Below are positions 59,919-64,000 of a DNA stretch of 64,000 nucleotides, piece after piece. The stretch's first letter is position 1. Each line of letters starts with the position of its first letter. The position numbers and the translations under genes were made by a program. The notes beneath the pieces are model-generated. The model had not been told where the DNA came from and made no database searches. It saw only the letters and a list, made by a program, of their open reading frames with translations. The stretch comes from Fistulifera solaris (lineage: Eukaryota). The stretch lies in the NCBI GenBank assembly GCA_030295235.1, contig AP026172.1, forward strand, positions 186,001 through 250,000, given 5' to 3'.

Positions 59919-60548
59919 TCTGTACAGTTAAACGCTTGTGTCTGATGATGTTGCGCTCTCGAAAAACGGCGTTCTCGAATTGAAAAAAAAGATACTGGAA
60001 TGGGAAACAGAAAAGGGAAGATATATGGTTATTTTGCGTTGTTGTTCCGCAACAAGAACTGCAACAAGAATTTATTGTGTGGTTTTTTTTTCGTGGTGGT
60101 CCACACCGTTTTACTCGTCTGTCATGCGCGCATTCTGTATGTAAACTCGTGTCTCGAAGGTCGCGGAAATGAGAAAGGCCTTCAGAAATGCAACGCGGTG
60201 AGACACAAATGAGATACTCTTATTTTTGGCTCACGATGAAAAATAATGACAATGATCGCAATTAATGTATGAAATAATATGAATAAAACCACATAACAAA
60301 AGGCCAACCTAATTGCATTCCTTAGCCGCCGGTTTAAGTTTCGAACAGGGAAAAGGCGGAGTTTCTTGCGTTTTTTCTCATGGGACCGAACGCCTTTTGC
60401 AGTTGACGTGATGCGAACCCGAACACATGAGTCACTTATTTTTGTTGGACGGGAGGGGTCGACATGTCACCCTCAAAAAAACGATTTCGTCGTTCCACAA
60501 ACGCAATATTATCCAATTTTATAAAGAAACTCTCTATTTCATTCGATC

Positions 60549-62639
60549 ATGGCCGCCATAACAACCACATCATCAACGGAGAATGATATTGAGGAGGGTG
60601 TCTCGCTTTCGCGACCCAAGTCCTTTACGGATCCATTTGCTCTACGAGAAGGACGAACCCTTGTCTGGACCAATGTCAACATGGTGCTGGTAAGCTTTAA
60701 GGAGAAAGGTGATACAGTATCAATTGTGTTTTCTGAACTTTTGCTAACTACCAATTCATTCTCAACAGAAAGGACTCGGTGAGCATTCCGACCGCACTAT
60801 TCTCGATCACGTTTGGGGAGAAGTTCCACCCCAACAAACTGTCGCAGTTCTCGGACCGTCAGGAGCCGGTAAGACGAGTCTATTGAACGTTTTGGCCGGT
60901 CGTTCGAGCTCCCATGGGCGCATCCATGTCACGGCGGATGTCCGTTGGAACAATTATGCGGTAGAGCCAACAGACATGAACATTCGTCATTCCATTGCAT
61001 TTGTGGCGCAAGAGGATTCTCTGCAAGTAACCGCCACTCCTCGTGAGGCAATTCAGTTCTCGGCAAAGCTTCGTTTGCCTCGATCCACGACGAATGCGGA
61101 ACTCCATCAGTTGACACATCGCATGCTCGAGGAACTCGGCTTAACCAACTGTGCCGACACCATCGTTGGCTCGGAATTAGTCAAAGGAATATCGGGAGGA
61201 GAACGCAAACGAACCAGTGTAGGTGTGGAACTCGTGACCCGACCGGCGGTGCTGTTTCTCGATGAACCCACCAGTGGCTTGGATTCGTTCTCGGCAGTGC
61301 AACTGTGTCAAGTATTGAAAAAGTAGCGGCCGCGGGAGCGTCGGTTTTGTTCACCATTCATCAACCGGCTTCTGAAATTTTCAGTTCGTTTGATGGTGTC
61401 ATACTGATGAATCAAGGTCGTGTTATGTATCAGGGTTCTGTGTCAAATGTGCCAGCTTATTTTGGTCAGCGTGGGTATCCTATTCCTGTCAACCATAATC
61501 CTGCAGACTGGATTATTGTGAGTGTGATCTTTGTGTGTTCTCTTTTCACTAGCTTTGGTCGCGTATCTCATGCCGTTGGTCTTTCAGAATGTCGCGCAAT
61601 CTGCCACTATTGCCGAGCTTCAAACCGCTGGCTTTTTCCCAAACGACGAACGCAAACTGGGTGAGTTACTGGAGCTTGACGACAAGCTGACTGGTCTGGG
61701 ACTCGTGGCAGATCGTAAGACCGACAAACCAGCCGGTGTTGCAACGCAGACACAACTTTTGGTTCTCCGTGAATTAGTGAACCTGAAAAGGAACGCACCG
61801 GTGCTACGTGCTCGACTGGGCCTGGCGTTGTTTATGGGCTTGTTGGGCGGCATCATATTCTTGAACGTTGGAGAAAAAGCACGAGACAACTTTTTGGTGG
61901 TACAAAGTCAGTTTGGTGCGATTGTTATGGTGTTGATTATGAGTATGGTGAGCACCGCCATGCCGACGTTAGTTGCATTTTCTCAAGAACGTCCTGTCTT
62001 TCTCCGGGAATATTCCACCAACCACTACTCGGTCGTCTCCTACTTCATGTCAAGATTGGCGATCGAAACGCTGATTACAGCAATTCAGATTTTTGTTCTT
62101 TGTCTATTGACCTACTACTTGATTGGTATGCAAGGGGGATTTGGTATTTTCTACACTGCAATATTTGCGCTGGCAATGTCAGGCACTGCACTGGGCGTGG
62201 CCGTGGGATGCTCGACTGTGGATCCCAAGATGGCTATTGAACTATTGCCGGTAATGATTGTTCCGCAAATTCTTTTGCCGGCATCTTTGTTCAGATTGAT
62301 TTGATTCCGAAGGTAAGAAAGATAACATAACTTGTCGCATTGCCTCACGATACCCTTTTCACTCATAATCGTTACTTTGTGTAGTTCCTGCGATGGGCCC
62401 GCTATCTGTTTGCCCTTACTTATGCGCTTCGAGTCCTTGTAGTCAACGAGTTCGAAGATTGCGCGTCTGAAGAATTCTCGCAGTTGAATCCGCTCAATTA
62501 TTGTCGTATAGTCCTCGAAAACACCGATTCAGATCCAGACGAGACATGGTGGAACTGGATTGTACTTGTATCTCTGTTCGGCTTTTTCCGTCTTCTCGCC
62601 ATGCGAATTCTTCAAGTGAAAGCAATGAGATACTATTAA
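60549..62639 (+). CDS. ABCG (White-family) half transporter
   Basis: Walker A GPSGAGKTS, ISGGERKR, LFLDEPTSGLDS, TIHQP, NPADW and ERPVFLREY. Introns ~60690-60768, 61518-61588 and 62312-62384. Confidence 0.93.
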
Positions 62640-63083
62640 CAATATGTTTGCTACGTATGAGGAAGACAGATTCAGCCTCTCTATTAAGTACTTTTCTTTC
62701 GTCGAAAGTTGTTACCCTCAGCGTGACATGACTCGAGTCCAGTGTGTTCACGAAATACTTCCATGCGTGATATTACCAGGTACGCTAGGTATGACGCAGA
62801 AATGCGATGAGTTGGCCATTCCCGTTGAACAAAAACGGATGATGTGTTCATCACAGTCACCCGAAACGAGAGGATTTGATTGGCTGAAACCGCCATTAAC
62901 AATATAGAATCAGATATAATGTAGAGACTTTTCCGTTCTGACTTCAACGTCATCACCCAACAACATAAGAAAAACCATCCTCTCAAAATCGCGGAAGCAA
63001 ATTGCGTTCATCCTCATCAAAATCAACCATCAACTCACGCCCGTACAAGTACAAGTAGTTATAATCACTAGCCATCCAATACC

Positions 63084-63943
63084 ATGAAACTTCCTGCTGC
63101 CATCTTTTCGCTTCTCCTTCTCAGCCCGGCTCTGGGTTTCGCACCAAATAAGGCTTCGAAAACGTCCACGGCCTTGCAGAATGACTTGTTTAAAGAACCT
63201 AGTGGCGACAAGAAGAGTGAAATGTCCAAGGCACTTCCTTTTGTGAAACGACCGAAACTACTTGATGGAACCCTCGCAGGAGATGTAGGCTTCGAGTAAG
63301 TCTGAAGTTGATTTGGGTGACTTTTGTTTGATACTCTGCCTTCCCTCACTTGGCAGTTCTTCTCCGACAGTCCTTTTGGTTTTGCCGGAAACGACATTCC
63401 CACTCTCGTTTACATGCGGGAGGCTGAGATCAAACACTGCCGCTTGGCCATGCTTGCTGTGGTCGGATGGCCCATTGCTGAGCTTTTTGATAAGCCCATT
63501 GCCGAGACGTTGGGCTTGCCGACTGCTTTGACCAAGTCGGGAGCTTCTCCGTCGGTCCTCAATGGTGGACTTGATCGAATCGATATTGCGTACTGGGTAA
63601 GAAATGAGGGAAAGTGATCATATCAATTACCAATTAATAGGCTTCATCTCACTCGAGCGTTGCTCTTGTTTAGGTTGCCGTTGCTGCTTTGGCCGGAATT
63701 GTCGAGTTGGAGAATGCAAAAGTCAAAGAAGAGAAAGGAAAGAAATACACACCGGGTGACTGCGGATTTGACCCCCTTAACTTATATCCTAAGAGCGACG
63801 CGGATAAGAAAGTAATGCAGACGAAAGAAATTAAGCATGGCCGCGTTGCAATGATGGCCATTTTGGGTTTCGTCGCCCAGGAAGCTCTCTACCGAATCCC
63901 TGTCGTTCAAGAGACGCCAATCTTTTTCAAACCTATTTTCTAA
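63084..63943 (+). CDS. Light-harvesting complex (LHC/FCP family) protein
   Basis: ALGF-AP presequence, LAGDVGF, MREAEIKHCRLAMLA and TKEIKHGRVAMMA. Introns ~63296-63370 and 63597-63673. Confidence 0.93.
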
Positions 63944-64000
63944 TTAATAAAGAATTGCGCAGTATGTCATTTAAATTGCTAATATGTCTAGGTTTTGAAG

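Noticed and set aside
1300..62300. Frameshifts in many genes (e.g. ~1315, 5460, 8990, 22550, 23710, 48945, 50845, 53040, 59143, 61320) suggesting pseudogenes or programmed frameshifting
   Set aside because: They fall mostly in homopolymer runs and hit essential genes (RPS3A, TIM22, TOP6A) whose motifs are otherwise intact. This pattern is typical of long-read indel errors; short-read polishing would confirm it.
30190..62785. Short GTACC-type palindromes in intergenic DNA (e.g. 30192, 36563, 48016, 52305, 58592, 62776)
   Set aside because: They are too short to assess by eye and have no shared flanks or TSDs. A genome-wide enrichment test would be needed.

Overview
This is a gene-dense eukaryotic nuclear region, almost certainly from a diatom. 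The evidence is short GT-AG introns (about 65-195 nt), bipartite ASAFAP-type plastid presequences, two fucoxanthin-chlorophyll/LHC genes and a soluble acyl-ACP desaturase. About 32 protein-coding genes can be supported, mostly housekeeping (HSP70, RPS3A, SKP1, TOP6A/SPO11-3, GINS3, COG8, TIM22, NOP16, two sirtuins, presenilin, LACS, ABCG and others). Many carry single-base frameshifts, mostly at homopolymer runs, best explained as uncorrected long-read errors. I found no rRNA, tRNA, CRISPR array or transposase. Highlights: (i) two non-coding arrays of the same quasi-palindromic core (CAGAAATTCTG) at 33.05-33.56 kb and 51.25-52.21 kb, in opposite orientation, both between divergent genes, the larger with roughly helically phased spacing; (ii) a plastid-targeted, membrane-anchored disordered protein with repeated xxYLxx[LIM] and K[SN]FS[PQ]MG motifs, a candidate pyrenoid/Rubisco tether; (iii) unusual domain architectures: PAS-LRR-receiver, PheRS-alpha with a tRNA-binding OB fold, sirtuin with a ZZ finger, presenilin with a tandemly duplicated loop domain, EF-hand-like repeats with fibrillin, and a PKG-shaped kinase with cAMP-type pockets; (iv) a 339-bp tandem duplication sharing a 28-bp motif with a distant intergenic region. 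All calls come from reading the sequence; no database searches were run.
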